32,000 nucleotides of DNA. It comes from Candidatus Heimdallarchaeota archaeon (GTDB taxonomy: Archaea; Asgardarchaeota; Heimdallarchaeia; JABLTI01). Positions 9,261 to 17,889 of the stretch are shown in pieces. Within the stretch, counting starts at the first letter, position 1, and the number at the start of each line of letters is the position of its first letter. The stretch lies in contig JAUWKS010000004.1 in the NCBI GenBank assembly GCA_030614005.1, positions 60,001-92,000 on the forward strand. Direction: 5' to 3'. A program made the position numbers and the translations under genes. The notes below the pieces were generated by a model. It was not told the DNA's origin and searched no databases. It saw only the letters and a list, made by a program, of their open reading frames with translations.

Positions 9261-10232
9261 TCATTCATTTTCTTGTTTCAAGACATCGTAAAGTTCTGCC
9301 TGGAATGCAATATTCTCCTCTCGAGATTTATTTTTCACAGAGATAACAACAACAAATAATGCTATAGCTATCAAAGAGAATAGTAATGAAAATGTAATTA
9401 CGAACCAATTCAAAACTTTTGGAAGAGAGAAATACTCTATTGAAAGATAGAAAGTAGCTTCAAAGGCTCCTTTTGCTGGAAGATTTTCTTTTGAAGAAAT
9501 AAACGTCAACCAGTGTTGGTTATCGGCATCTATTTGCCCTACGTATGAAAGATTATAGTTATCTATCATTAATTGTTCGACTCTGAATCCTATCTCTTCC
9601 AAAAAAGTTGATGAGATGTTTGAACTTGAAACAGCAACGGGCAATTGAATTCTCAAAGATTCAAACTCCAAACCATCATCCCAATCAGGGCGAACAAGAT
9701 TTATTCCAACCAGATTTGTTTCAACTCCATAATGGAAAATTTGACTTTTCTTAAAGAAGTCTGCACTATAGGAAAAATAGTAGAGAATGGGTTTTCCTGC
9801 TTGAACTTTTGAGACATTTTTTAAATAAAGATAATATGAGACATCAAATCTACTTGCAGCGGTAATATTAAGCCCCAGAATTTCCCCTTCTGTAAATGCA
9901 TATGTCTTCTCTAAATTGATTACATTTGCTTCTTCAATAGTCCTTATAAAAATACCAACATGATCTTCTGTGGGTGTACAGTTAAGAATCATTGATACTG
10001 TACCTAATCCATTACTATCTATTGTGATGTTTGTTTTTACCCAATGTAAATCTGCACTATACGCATTATCTTGTGGAGTTAAATATGGGTCCTGAGGATT
10101 AATTGTATTGGTCATGTGGTTGAGGCTAACATTTGGCGTAGCTGTTGTAAAAATAACAGTTAAGAGATTGCAAATTAACAAAACAATAAAGATATTAACA
10201 GGAACTCGAAAGATTCGTTTAATATTAGCCAT
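9261..10232 (-). CDS. Hypothetical membrane protein: N-terminal signal/TM, beta-rich ectodomain, C-terminal TM
   Basis: Hydrophobic segments at both ends of a 323-aa ORF; no family recognised. Confidence 0.7.
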   Translation of the reverse strand: MANIKRIFRVPVNIFIVLLICNLLTVIFTTATPNVSLNHMTNTINPQDPYLTPQDNAYSADLHWVKTNITIDSNGLGTVSMILNCTPTEDHVGIFIRTIEEANVINLEKTYAFTEGEILGLNITAASRFDVSYYLYLKNVSKVQAGKPILYYFSYSADFFKKSQIFHYGVETNLVGINLVRPDWDDGLEFESLRIQLPVAVSSSNISSTFLEEIGFRVEQLMIDNYNLSYVGQIDADNQHWLTFISSKENLPAKGAFEATFYLSIEYFSLPKVLNWFVITFSLLFSLIAIALFVVVISVKNKSREENIAFQAELYDVLKQENE

Positions 10233-10361
10233 AAATTGTTTCCCTTCACAATTAATTTAATATTACTTGCACTTAGTTAACTCTTAAAAGCTACTGCAAA
10301 GCTGAAAATTAATTTGTAGGAGTAAACTAATACTAGAACAGAGAAAAATTGGTGATTCTGA

Positions 10362-12677
10362 ATGCCATCCAATTCTAAGAAAGAAAAAAAGAGTGGAAAA
10401 TCAAACATAAGAAAAGAAATGTCTGTACCAATAATACCCGAAATGATTGATGCAATTACAAGTTTAGGAAAAGGGGAGATTGAGGTACCAAAAGAAATAG
10501 TTGAAATTGAAGCTTTGATTTTTTCACGCGGGAAATTGAACGCTCAATTCTTTAGAGGGATTAGAAAAAGATATGTCGTTCCATCATGGGTAGAGATGAT
10601 GCTTTCACCAAAAAGTAAAGGGTGTGTTTCACTAGGGCATAGCTCATGGTTTATCAATTCAAATTATCGCGATTGGATAGCATTTGGAGGTATTGATTGT
10701 CATTCAGAAGGAATTATCACAAGTAAAGGACTAGTTGTTCCAATAATTGATGGTTATGGACTACTCTCGGGAGCAATTATTGAAGATAAAGCATATTATA
10801 TCACTCAAAATGGTTCTTCAACTCAAGAATTGTTGAATGGTTATTTGCCCATTGGGATAAATAAGTGGAAAATCAAAAAACAGTCTTTTGAGCAAATAGT
10901 GTACGGTGGCAAATCCGGAAAAGGAGAGGTAGGTGTTCTTTCTTTTGAGAATAAAACCACATCTAAAAGCAACTTAGTACTATCTGTAAGACCATTTAAT
11001 CAAGAAGGAGTTTCATTAATTCACTCAATCACTTATAGGGAAAAAGACCAAGCAGTATTCATTAACAAAGAATTAGCTTTTAGGTTAATAGAAAAACCGG
11101 AGAAAATTGCTTCAGCTAATTATCATAACAATGGTGATTCTGCAACAAAGCTTCTTTCATTAGGAAAGAGACTTGATTCAGAAGAAGTTACAATTACTTG
11201 TTCCGTAGGTTTCGCTAATATGACTTTCATTTTTCCAGAAAGTCTTCAAAAAATGAAAGCTTTCATTAGAATGTCAAATGAACCATTAGAAGCAGCGCCA
11301 GTTTTAGACAAAATAAAGTTCCAATGGGAAGAAAAATTATCTCAAGGGTTGATTTTGAAAACAGGTAATAAAGAAATTGATCGATTATATTTAGCCAGCT
11401 TGTCAAATCTCCTCCTCTTAACGGATCCTGGTACTATAACTCCTGGTCCTACAAAATATCATCGATTTTGGTGCAGAGATGCAGCCTTTCTTATCAATGC
11501 TTTAGATAAAACTGGTTATCATCAATATGCTAGAGAGGCTCTAAATCAATTTATCATAAGACAAAGAAAAGATGGTTTTTATTATAGCCATGAAGGGGAA
11601 TTTGATTCAAATGGGGAAGGAATTTGGGCTTTCGCAGAACATATTAAATTTACAAAAAGTACATTCTGGTTAGAAAAAATATACTATTCAATCGAGAGAG
11701 CAGCTTTATGGCTAATAAAAACTAGAAAGCTTGAGAAGAAAGAAGCAATCAAAGGAAAAGAACATTTAGTTAAGGGATTATTACCTCCTGGTTTTAGTGC
11801 GGAGCATTTGGGACCTTGTGATTATTTCTATTGGGACAATTTCTGGGGTGTTGCAGGATTAAGAGAAGCTGTTTATTGCGCAAAAGCGCTTAAAGCTCCA
11901 TCATTAAGCATATTGGAAAAAGAGTACAAAGAATATGAAAAGGATCTACTCACAAGTCTTGAGAAGTTGTATGAAAAATTCCAATATTTACCTGTTGGAC
12001 CCTATAGAGAATGCGATAGTGCAATGATTGCAAACCTGTGTGCTTGGCATCCAACTAAAGTTTTGGATGGAAATAACGAGATGGTATCCAAAACTGCTGA
12101 TATAATCTATCAAGAATTCACTCATAATGGTGGGTTTTTCCATGAAGTTGCTTGGAATTGTTTTGGTACATATTTAACTATGCATTTAGCGCAAGTGTTT
12201 GTTGCTCAAAATAATGGTGAAAAGGTGAAAGAATTAATTGATTGGTTAGTAAAATATCAAACATGCCCTATGGGGTGGGCGGAAGGGATTAGCCCTCAAA
12301 CAATGGAAGGAGGTATGGGAGATTCACCACATGGATGGGCAAGTGCAGATTGGATTTTCCTTTTACGAAATATGTTTGCATATGAGACGAAAAATGGGTC
12401 TCTAAGATTGCTGTCTGGGTATCCAGAAACATTCTTACAACAAGGAATATCAACTAACAAATTAAAAACTCATTTTGGTGAGTTAGAAATATCTGCTTTA
12501 TTGGAAGAAAACAAACTATCAATCAGTTTGAATTGCAAACTGACTATTCCATTTATTGAAATTATGACTTCAAGACCTGTGAAATCTGTTGCAGTAGATA
12601 ACGGAAAAGGAGAAATTATTGAAGAAAAATGTGTTAGGATTGATAAAGATGCAAAGAAAATAACAATCAATTTTTGA
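10362..12677 (+). CDS. Six-hairpin (alpha/alpha)6 glycoside hydrolase-like protein
   Basis: YHRFWCRDAAF, EFDSNGEGIW, YWDNFWGVAG, WAEG and PHGWASA motifs resemble GDE/GH15/GH78-like enzymes. Exact family not assignable by eye. Confidence 0.75.
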   Translation: MPSNSKKEKKSGKSNIRKEMSVPIIPEMIDAITSLGKGEIEVPKEIVEIEALIFSRGKLNAQFFRGIRKRYVVPSWVEMMLSPKSKGCVSLGHSSWFINSNYRDWIAFGGIDCHSEGIITSKGLVVPIIDGYGLLSGAIIEDKAYYITQNGSSTQELLNGYLPIGINKWKIKKQSFEQIVYGGKSGKGEVGVLSFENKTTSKSNLVLSVRPFNQEGVSLIHSITYREKDQAVFINKELAFRLIEKPEKIASANYHNNGDSATKLLSLGKRLDSEEVTITCSVGFANMTFIFPESLQKMKAFIRMSNEPLEAAPVLDKIKFQWEEKLSQGLILKTGNKEIDRLYLASLSNLLLLTDPGTITPGPTKYHRFWCRDAAFLINALDKTGYHQYAREALNQFIIRQRKDGFYYSHEGEFDSNGEGIWAFAEHIKFTKSTFWLEKIYYSIERAALWLIKTRKLEKKEAIKGKEHLVKGLLPPGFSAEHLGPCDYFYWDNFWGVAGLREAVYCAKALKAPSLSILEKEYKEYEKDLLTSLEKLYEKFQYLPVGPYRECDSAMIANLCAWHPTKVLDGNNEMVSKTADIIYQEFTHNGGFFHEVAWNCFGTYLTMHLAQVFVAQNNGEKVKELIDWLVKYQTCPMGWAEGISPQTMEGGMGDSPHGWASADWIFLLRNMFAYETKNGSLRLLSGYPETFLQQGISTNKLKTHFGELEISALLEENKLSISLNCKLTIPFIEIMTSRPVKSVAVDNGKGEIIEEKCVRIDKDAKKITINF

Positions 12678-12797
12678 CTTGTATATTTGAAGAAGAATTT
12701 CTTTAAATAAGAGAAAAACACTTAGCTAACAAAGAAAAGGCTTCAATAACGAATTCTTTTTGCGAAAAGGTATTATTTTAGTATTCTAATCTTATTC

Positions 12798-12819
12798 TGA
12801 TTTAATTTACATTAAATCA
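12798..12819. promoter_or_regulatory. Palindrome TGATTTAAT-N4-ATTAAATCA upstream of the GGR-family gene
   Basis: Perfect 9-bp arms; the repeat ends 36 nt before the ATG at 12856. Confidence 0.4.
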
Positions 12820-12855
12820 AATTACAGCTATTTCAAATAATAGGTAAGGAATTGT

Positions 12856-14115
12856 ATGACAACTATAAATGACAATCATATTTATGAAGTGGGTATTGTA
12901 GGTGCAGGACCAGCAGGAGCGTCTTGTGCGTATTATTTAGCGAAATTTGGTATAGAGGTCGCACTTTTTGAGAAGAAGAAATTTCCAAGAAAAAAGGTTT
13001 GTGGAGATGCAATAACTGTACGCGCTCAAGATCATTTGAAGCGGATGGGTGTGTTGCAAGAGATACTCAAAGAGAAAAAAGGTAATTGGGCAGCACTGGG
13101 CGGTATTGTAAGTCCAAGTGGTATAGAATACTATGGCGATTCTTCTAATGAAGTCAAAGGTCAACATCTTGTAATCGCTATCAAAAGAGAAATTATGGAT
13201 GAAAAAATTGTTAGAGCTGCGACCAATGCAGGTGCTAAATTATTTGAAAATATCAGTGTTTCAAATGTGAATTTTTCTGTGTCTGAAAAGTGTTGGTTAG
13301 TAAAAACTGAAAATATTAAGAAATCATTCAAAGTTCGTATGCTTGTTATAGCTGATGGTGCAGCATCAAAGCTTGCGAGGTCTCTTGGATATGTAGATGG
13401 TCCTCCAGAGGCTACTTGTAGTAGTGTCTATATCGAAGCTGGCACACATACCTTTGAGCAAGATGGTGTATGTTATTATCCATCAAAGCTTGTACCAGGC
13501 TATTGTGCCTTATTTAAAGAAGCGGATGGTGATTTAGTTTATTGTTGTTACATTATCCCAGGAGGAGAGTGTGATAAGGGAGATTTAGTAAAAATGCATC
13601 ATTCGCTGATAAAGGATGACCCCTTCATCAGTAAAGCTATTGGTCCCAATGCCAAAATCGAAAAAATGAAAGCAGCACCAATTCGATTTGGTGGCATTCC
13701 ACAAAGTTATGATAATAATCTATTAATTGTGGGAGATGCTGCGGGACAAATCGATCCTCTTACTGGAGAAGGAATTCAATATGCTATGGATGCAGCTGAA
13801 TATGCAGCAAATACAATAACAAAAGCAAACAAAAAAGGAAATTATTCTAAGAGATTATTAAAGGGTTATCAAAGAAAATGGATGAAATCCTTTGGCAGAG
13901 ATTTCAAATGGTCACAAAGAATGGTTAAGGTTTGTACCAGATATCCAATCTTTCTTGATGCATTTGCTTCAGCGAGTAACAGAAAAGGTGACAAATTCAT
14001 GACTGTGTGGGGTAAGATTATGACAGGCTCAAAGAGTAAGCTTAATTTCTTCTTACCAAAGCTAGCTTTTCCCTTAGTTGTTGAAATAATCCGGTTAAAA
14101 CTGAAAAAGAAATAA
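12856..14115 (+). CDS. Geranylgeranyl reductase-family FAD-dependent oxidoreductase
   Basis: VGAGPAG, KVCGDA, IADGAAS and GDAAGQIDPLTGEGIQYAM. Confidence 0.85.
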   Translation: MTTINDNHIYEVGIVGAGPAGASCAYYLAKFGIEVALFEKKKFPRKKVCGDAITVRAQDHLKRMGVLQEILKEKKGNWAALGGIVSPSGIEYYGDSSNEVKGQHLVIAIKREIMDEKIVRAATNAGAKLFENISVSNVNFSVSEKCWLVKTENIKKSFKVRMLVIADGAASKLARSLGYVDGPPEATCSSVYIEAGTHTFEQDGVCYYPSKLVPGYCALFKEADGDLVYCCYIIPGGECDKGDLVKMHHSLIKDDPFISKAIGPNAKIEKMKAAPIRFGGIPQSYDNNLLIVGDAAGQIDPLTGEGIQYAMDAAEYAANTITKANKKGNYSKRLLKGYQRKWMKSFGRDFKWSQRMVKVCTRYPIFLDAFASASNRKGDKFMTVWGKIMTGSKSKLNFFLPKLAFPLVVEIIRLKLKKK

Positions 14116-14117
14116 GT

Positions 14118-14142
14118 ATATGAGTAGAATATTTACTCATAT
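14118..14142. terminator. Hairpin ATATGAGTA-N7-TACTCATAT between convergent genes
   Basis: Perfect 9-bp stem fills the gap between the stops at 14115 and 14142. Confidence 0.5.
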
Positions 14143-15434
14143 TATTCTTCTTTTGAATCTCTTGCATCTTCAACTAATCCTAATTCTTCGGCAAAAATCA
14201 ATTTGAGCTCTGGTTTTATCTCAAAGGATACAATTCTACCGTCTCGATGTTTATTCAGGAAATTTAGTGCAGCCATTTGGTTGAGATACCGTGAGAGATT
14301 TCCTTGATCCATACCAAGTTCATCAGAGAGAGAAGTTCCTACAACAGGTCCTCCTCCTTTTTCACTAATAATGCATTCCAAAATATCTCTCATTTTAGGT
14401 GTTAGAATTTGCTTAATACGTTCACTTTGAGCATCCTTCAGTTTCTCTCGAGCAAATTCCACTCCACCCTCAACAGAAGGAAGGTCTACTTTTTTGAGGT
14501 TATTTTGAGCTGTAACATCTAATATAGATCTTAAAACTAGTAACAACATTCGCGGATTCCCAGTAGCATACTCCTTGTTTACTTTCGAAATAATGGATTC
14601 ATCAAAAGGTGAAAGATTATCAGGTTCTTCGGGACGAAATGCAGCTAATCTTTTTTGAATAATAGCTATTGCGATTTTATCTGAAACAGGTTTGAACTCA
14701 ATTTCAACATGAACTCGAGTAGCTACAGCAGGATGAATCTCCTTCAAGGAAGCCCAAGCATTTGGTGTGGAACAAATCACTGTAATATGTCCCGGAATAC
14801 CAACAGCATGGCTCAAATATTCACGCAAAATTTCGAATGTTTTTCTAATCTCGCGTTGTATACTGGCTTCAATTATTTCTTCGAATTCATCTATAATCAG
14901 CCCTGAGAGTAAATCATTAGCACTAATTTTTTTGAAGAGCTTAGCTAAATCTTTTCCTGCTTGAAAAGGTTTGAATTTCACATCGGGTAGAGAAGCAATT
15001 CCACGATAATGTTCCCATAGTTGTTCAGCATATTCTCGCAATTCTTCTGGAACATCTTCGTTATCCATTAGTGGAATACAAACACTTTCAAAAAGTGCAT
15101 AGGTTACAATACCCGGAGTTCCACCAGGTAATTTTGTATAAAAAATTAATGCTTTTTTTCGTTTTAATGTCTCAATAATAGAACTTGCTCGTATAGATTT
15201 TCCAGATCCATATTCACCTATTAGAGCAACAGTAGCAGAACCACCATTAAGTATTGTAGATAAATTAGAAGCTATCTTCTTATCTGCAGCAGTAATTACA
15301 TGCATCTTAACAATTTCTTCTGCAGTCATCGATTCCGCGGATATTTTATCGAAAGGATTTCTATGGAGCTTATATTTTTTCAAGTATTTTTCTTCACTCA
15401 GCATGTCATCATAAATAGACAAGCAATTCACCAA
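14142..15434 (-). CDS. AAA+ P-loop ATPase with C-terminal winged helix (Cdc6/Orc1-like architecture; start may be MLSEE at 15404)
   Basis: NPF motif, Walker A GEYGSGKS, Walker B LIIDEFEE, putative Arg finger ATRV, GNPR, and HTH LSDELGMDQGNLSRYLNQM. Confidence 0.8.
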   Translation of the reverse strand: MVNCLSIYDDMLSEEKYLKKYKLHRNPFDKISAESMTAEEIVKMHVITAADKKIASNLSTILNGGSATVALIGEYGSGKSIRASSIIETLKRKKALIFYTKLPGGTPGIVTYALFESVCIPLMDNEDVPEELREYAEQLWEHYRGIASLPDVKFKPFQAGKDLAKLFKKISANDLLSGLIIDEFEEIIEASIQREIRKTFEILREYLSHAVGIPGHITVICSTPNAWASLKEIHPAVATRVHVEIEFKPVSDKIAIAIIQKRLAAFRPEEPDNLSPFDESIISKVNKEYATGNPRMLLLVLRSILDVTAQNNLKKVDLPSVEGGVEFAREKLKDAQSERIKQILTPKMRDILECIISEKGGGPVVGTSLSDELGMDQGNLSRYLNQMAALNFLNKHRDGRIVSFEIKPELKLIFAEELGLVEDARDSKEE

Positions 15435-15570
15435 CGGTAAGTTATTTCGCTTAAATTACAGGAGCTTTAGAGGTTGATTTTTTGCTAAATATAAAGGAAT
15501 AATGTTCTATCAAGTAAAAGAATGTTGTTATTTGTAGTATTTGAAAAAAAAGTATAATTAGGAAAAATAA

Positions 15571-16011
15571 TCAGCTATTTTTCCTATAGCTATATGCATT
15601 ACCTATATCGCTAGGTAATAGCTTTTTATAATTGACATAAAATTCAATAAAAAGTCCACAGAAAATCAAATTGATTACACCCATAAGAAATAGTGGCCAT
15701 GCAATTATCCCCAAAATAAAGGAACCCAATATTAGTATAAAAAAGCCAAATTTGGCCATCAGACCAGTGGATACAACTAAATGATTTTTTGTTATATCTA
15801 ATCCTACTAGAAAATATTTGATGCCAGACATACCAGCTAAAATCAAGAAAGCATACAGCCAAAAATAGATTTCCCTAGTGTGTTGGAACAAACCAAAGAA
15901 TGGTAAGAAACCAGAAATTAAAGGAGCAAAAATTCCGAAAACTAGAACTGTGCTAATATTCCAAAATCCTGCAACAATAAACAGATATTTGTAATAGATT
16001 GCTTTATTCAT
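15571..16011 (-). CDS. Small four-TM hypothetical membrane protein
   Basis: Four hydrophobic segments in 146 aa. Confidence 0.7.
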   Translation of the reverse strand: MNKAIYYKYLFIVAGFWNISTVLVFGIFAPLISGFLPFFGLFQHTREIYFWLYAFLILAGMSGIKYFLVGLDITKNHLVVSTGLMAKFGFFILILGSFILGIIAWPLFLMGVINLIFCGLFIEFYVNYKKLLPSDIGNAYSYRKNS

Positions 16012-16135
16012 ATTTCCACGCCCAATGTTTGTTTTAAGATAATTTTAATGATCAATTACTATATAGTAATGATAATAAGAACTATTTTTAATAACCTTTC
16101 GAGAAGGAATTAATGTCTAAATAATTTTTCAATGA

Positions 16136-16537
16136 ATTCTAATAGTTTTTTTACAAGAAATTATCCAAAATAGAGTGAGAGGTGAAGGATATAGATGGAA
16201 GATAGAACCCATATCCTTCCTGGGCACCTCCCTCGGTAAATTTCTCACTCTCTGAAATCTTCGCCTTGGAACATTAATACTTAGTAAGGAATTAGGTGAT
16301 AAGGATGTTCTTCTAGAAAACCTAATTGATATCTCTAGATGTAAACAGCAATTAGCTTTATTTGATGATAGTTTGAATAGTCTTGATAGAGCAAAGGAGC
16401 TACTCAAAACTATTGAAGACATAGAAAATCGTGAGCTTATTAGAGAAAAAATAACTATGCAACATGGAGAACTTCTAGGACGTATAGATAATTGGGATAT
16501 GTTCATCCGGAGATATTATGAATTTCTTAAAGACTAA
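16136..16537 (+). pseudogene. Interrupted helical (TPR-like) ORF, not in the ORF track
   Basis: The frame is open from 16136 to 16537 except for TGA at 16253-16255. The distal part (SKELGDKDVLLENLIDISRCKQQLALFDDSLNSLDRAKELL) looks like a TPR helix pair. Its TAA overlaps the TAG of the convergent gene. Confidence 0.4.
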
Positions 16538-17754
16538 ATTATTAGCTCTTCTGCATCAACTACTCTTTTCTTAAGAGATAAATTATTTACTTGGAATTTT
16601 GTTCCATCAAATAATTCTACTTTTTCAAGACCTAATGCTTTAGCTGCGGAAATCCGACCTATTGCATCTGCTTTCATTATTCCTGACCCTGATGTACCAC
16701 TGACCCATTGAATATTGGATACCTTCTCTATAACTGGATTCTTATCAGGTCAATAATAAGCGTAATAACCAGCCCATTTTGAAAAAATTTTGAGTTCTTT
16801 TAATTTAGGAAAGTAATGTTGCAAAACAGGTTTAATGGCAAATTCGAAATATTCTTGATCAGCGTCTGGTGGAAAGTTTTTCATTTGATAGGGATTTCCT
16901 AATTCATTTGCACAACCTACCATTATAATTCCATTTTGTAAAACAGGTTTGACATATACTCCTCCTATAGGAAGTATGAAGATTGGTGTGCTTTCTTTTG
17001 GATTTGAAACAATTTGTATTGGATCTAATTTTAGAGTATACATTTGACGTTTTTGAGGATAAATTTGGGAAGCTATACCTACTGGAGCTAATAGATCATT
17101 TGTCCATGCGCCAGTTGCAAAAAGGAAATTAGTAGCTGCAAACACATCACCGTTTTGATCAGTTATTGAAAGAAGTTTTACATCGGACCATGATGGAAAG
17201 TGTCGTTCTTCTTCAGATAGTGACAATTTCTGAATGCTTTTTTCCAAAGCTATTCTTCCACCTAATGCTTCAAATTGCTTTGAATAGTATTTTGCCAAAT
17301 TAATTGCAGATAATGAACCACATCTGTGTCCATAAATTGCTTGATGAATTTCAGGAAAATCATCTGATGAATTAAAATTTAATTGAAGGTTTTTAGAAAA
17401 TTCATTTGGAGAAAGTATATCGAATGTATCTGATTGATCATTTAGCTTTTGTAATCCTTTCTGAGATTTTTTCCAATCATTTTGTGAGAACATCCAAAGA
17501 TAGCCCAGATTTTTAAGACCAATCTCGCTAGCAATTGTTTCATAAAAACCTATTGAACTGGTAGAAAGCACTAAGCTTGACTTGGATGAAAACAGATTTC
17601 GATAAAGTGCTGCACTTCTTGAAGTATTTCCTGCAGCAATTTTTGAAAACTTATCGATGAGAAGTATTTTTTGTTTTGGAGAATATTTCTGTAAGTAATA
17701 AGCGGTACTTGCACCTATGACTCCAGCACCTACAATGATTGTATCAAATTTCAT
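16534..17754 (-). pseudogene. FAD-dependent DAO/sarcosine-oxidase-beta-family oxidoreductase interrupted by an in-frame TGA at 16750-16752
   Basis: IVGAGVIGAS, AGNTSRSAA, ATGAW and WAGYYAYY. The frame continues for 71 codons (PDKNPVIE...SGTSGSGIMKADAIGR) to TAG at 16534. Confidence 0.8.
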
Positions 17755-17889
17755 TTCAGAACGTCCAAAAACAACTTGTGCTAAACAAAAGCAAATATCT
17801 GATACCTAATGTGAAATATAAAGATTATATATGAGTGAGAAAAATAAGAAAGAAAAAGTAAGAAGAGAATAATTCTCTTAATACTAATC

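Noticed and set aside
15435-15570. Possible replication origin next to the AAA+/WH gene
   Set aside because: AT-rich, but no ORB or mini-ORB repeats are visible.
16129-16506. 125-aa minus-strand ORF in the track
   Set aside because: Ser/Leu-rich composition typical of an antisense frame; the plus-strand frame is more protein-like.
16253-16752. Genome-wide TGA reassignment to Trp
   Set aside because: TGA ends many full-length genes here (SDR, GH, hdrB, mvhA, korA, korB), often in overlapping stop-start junctions.
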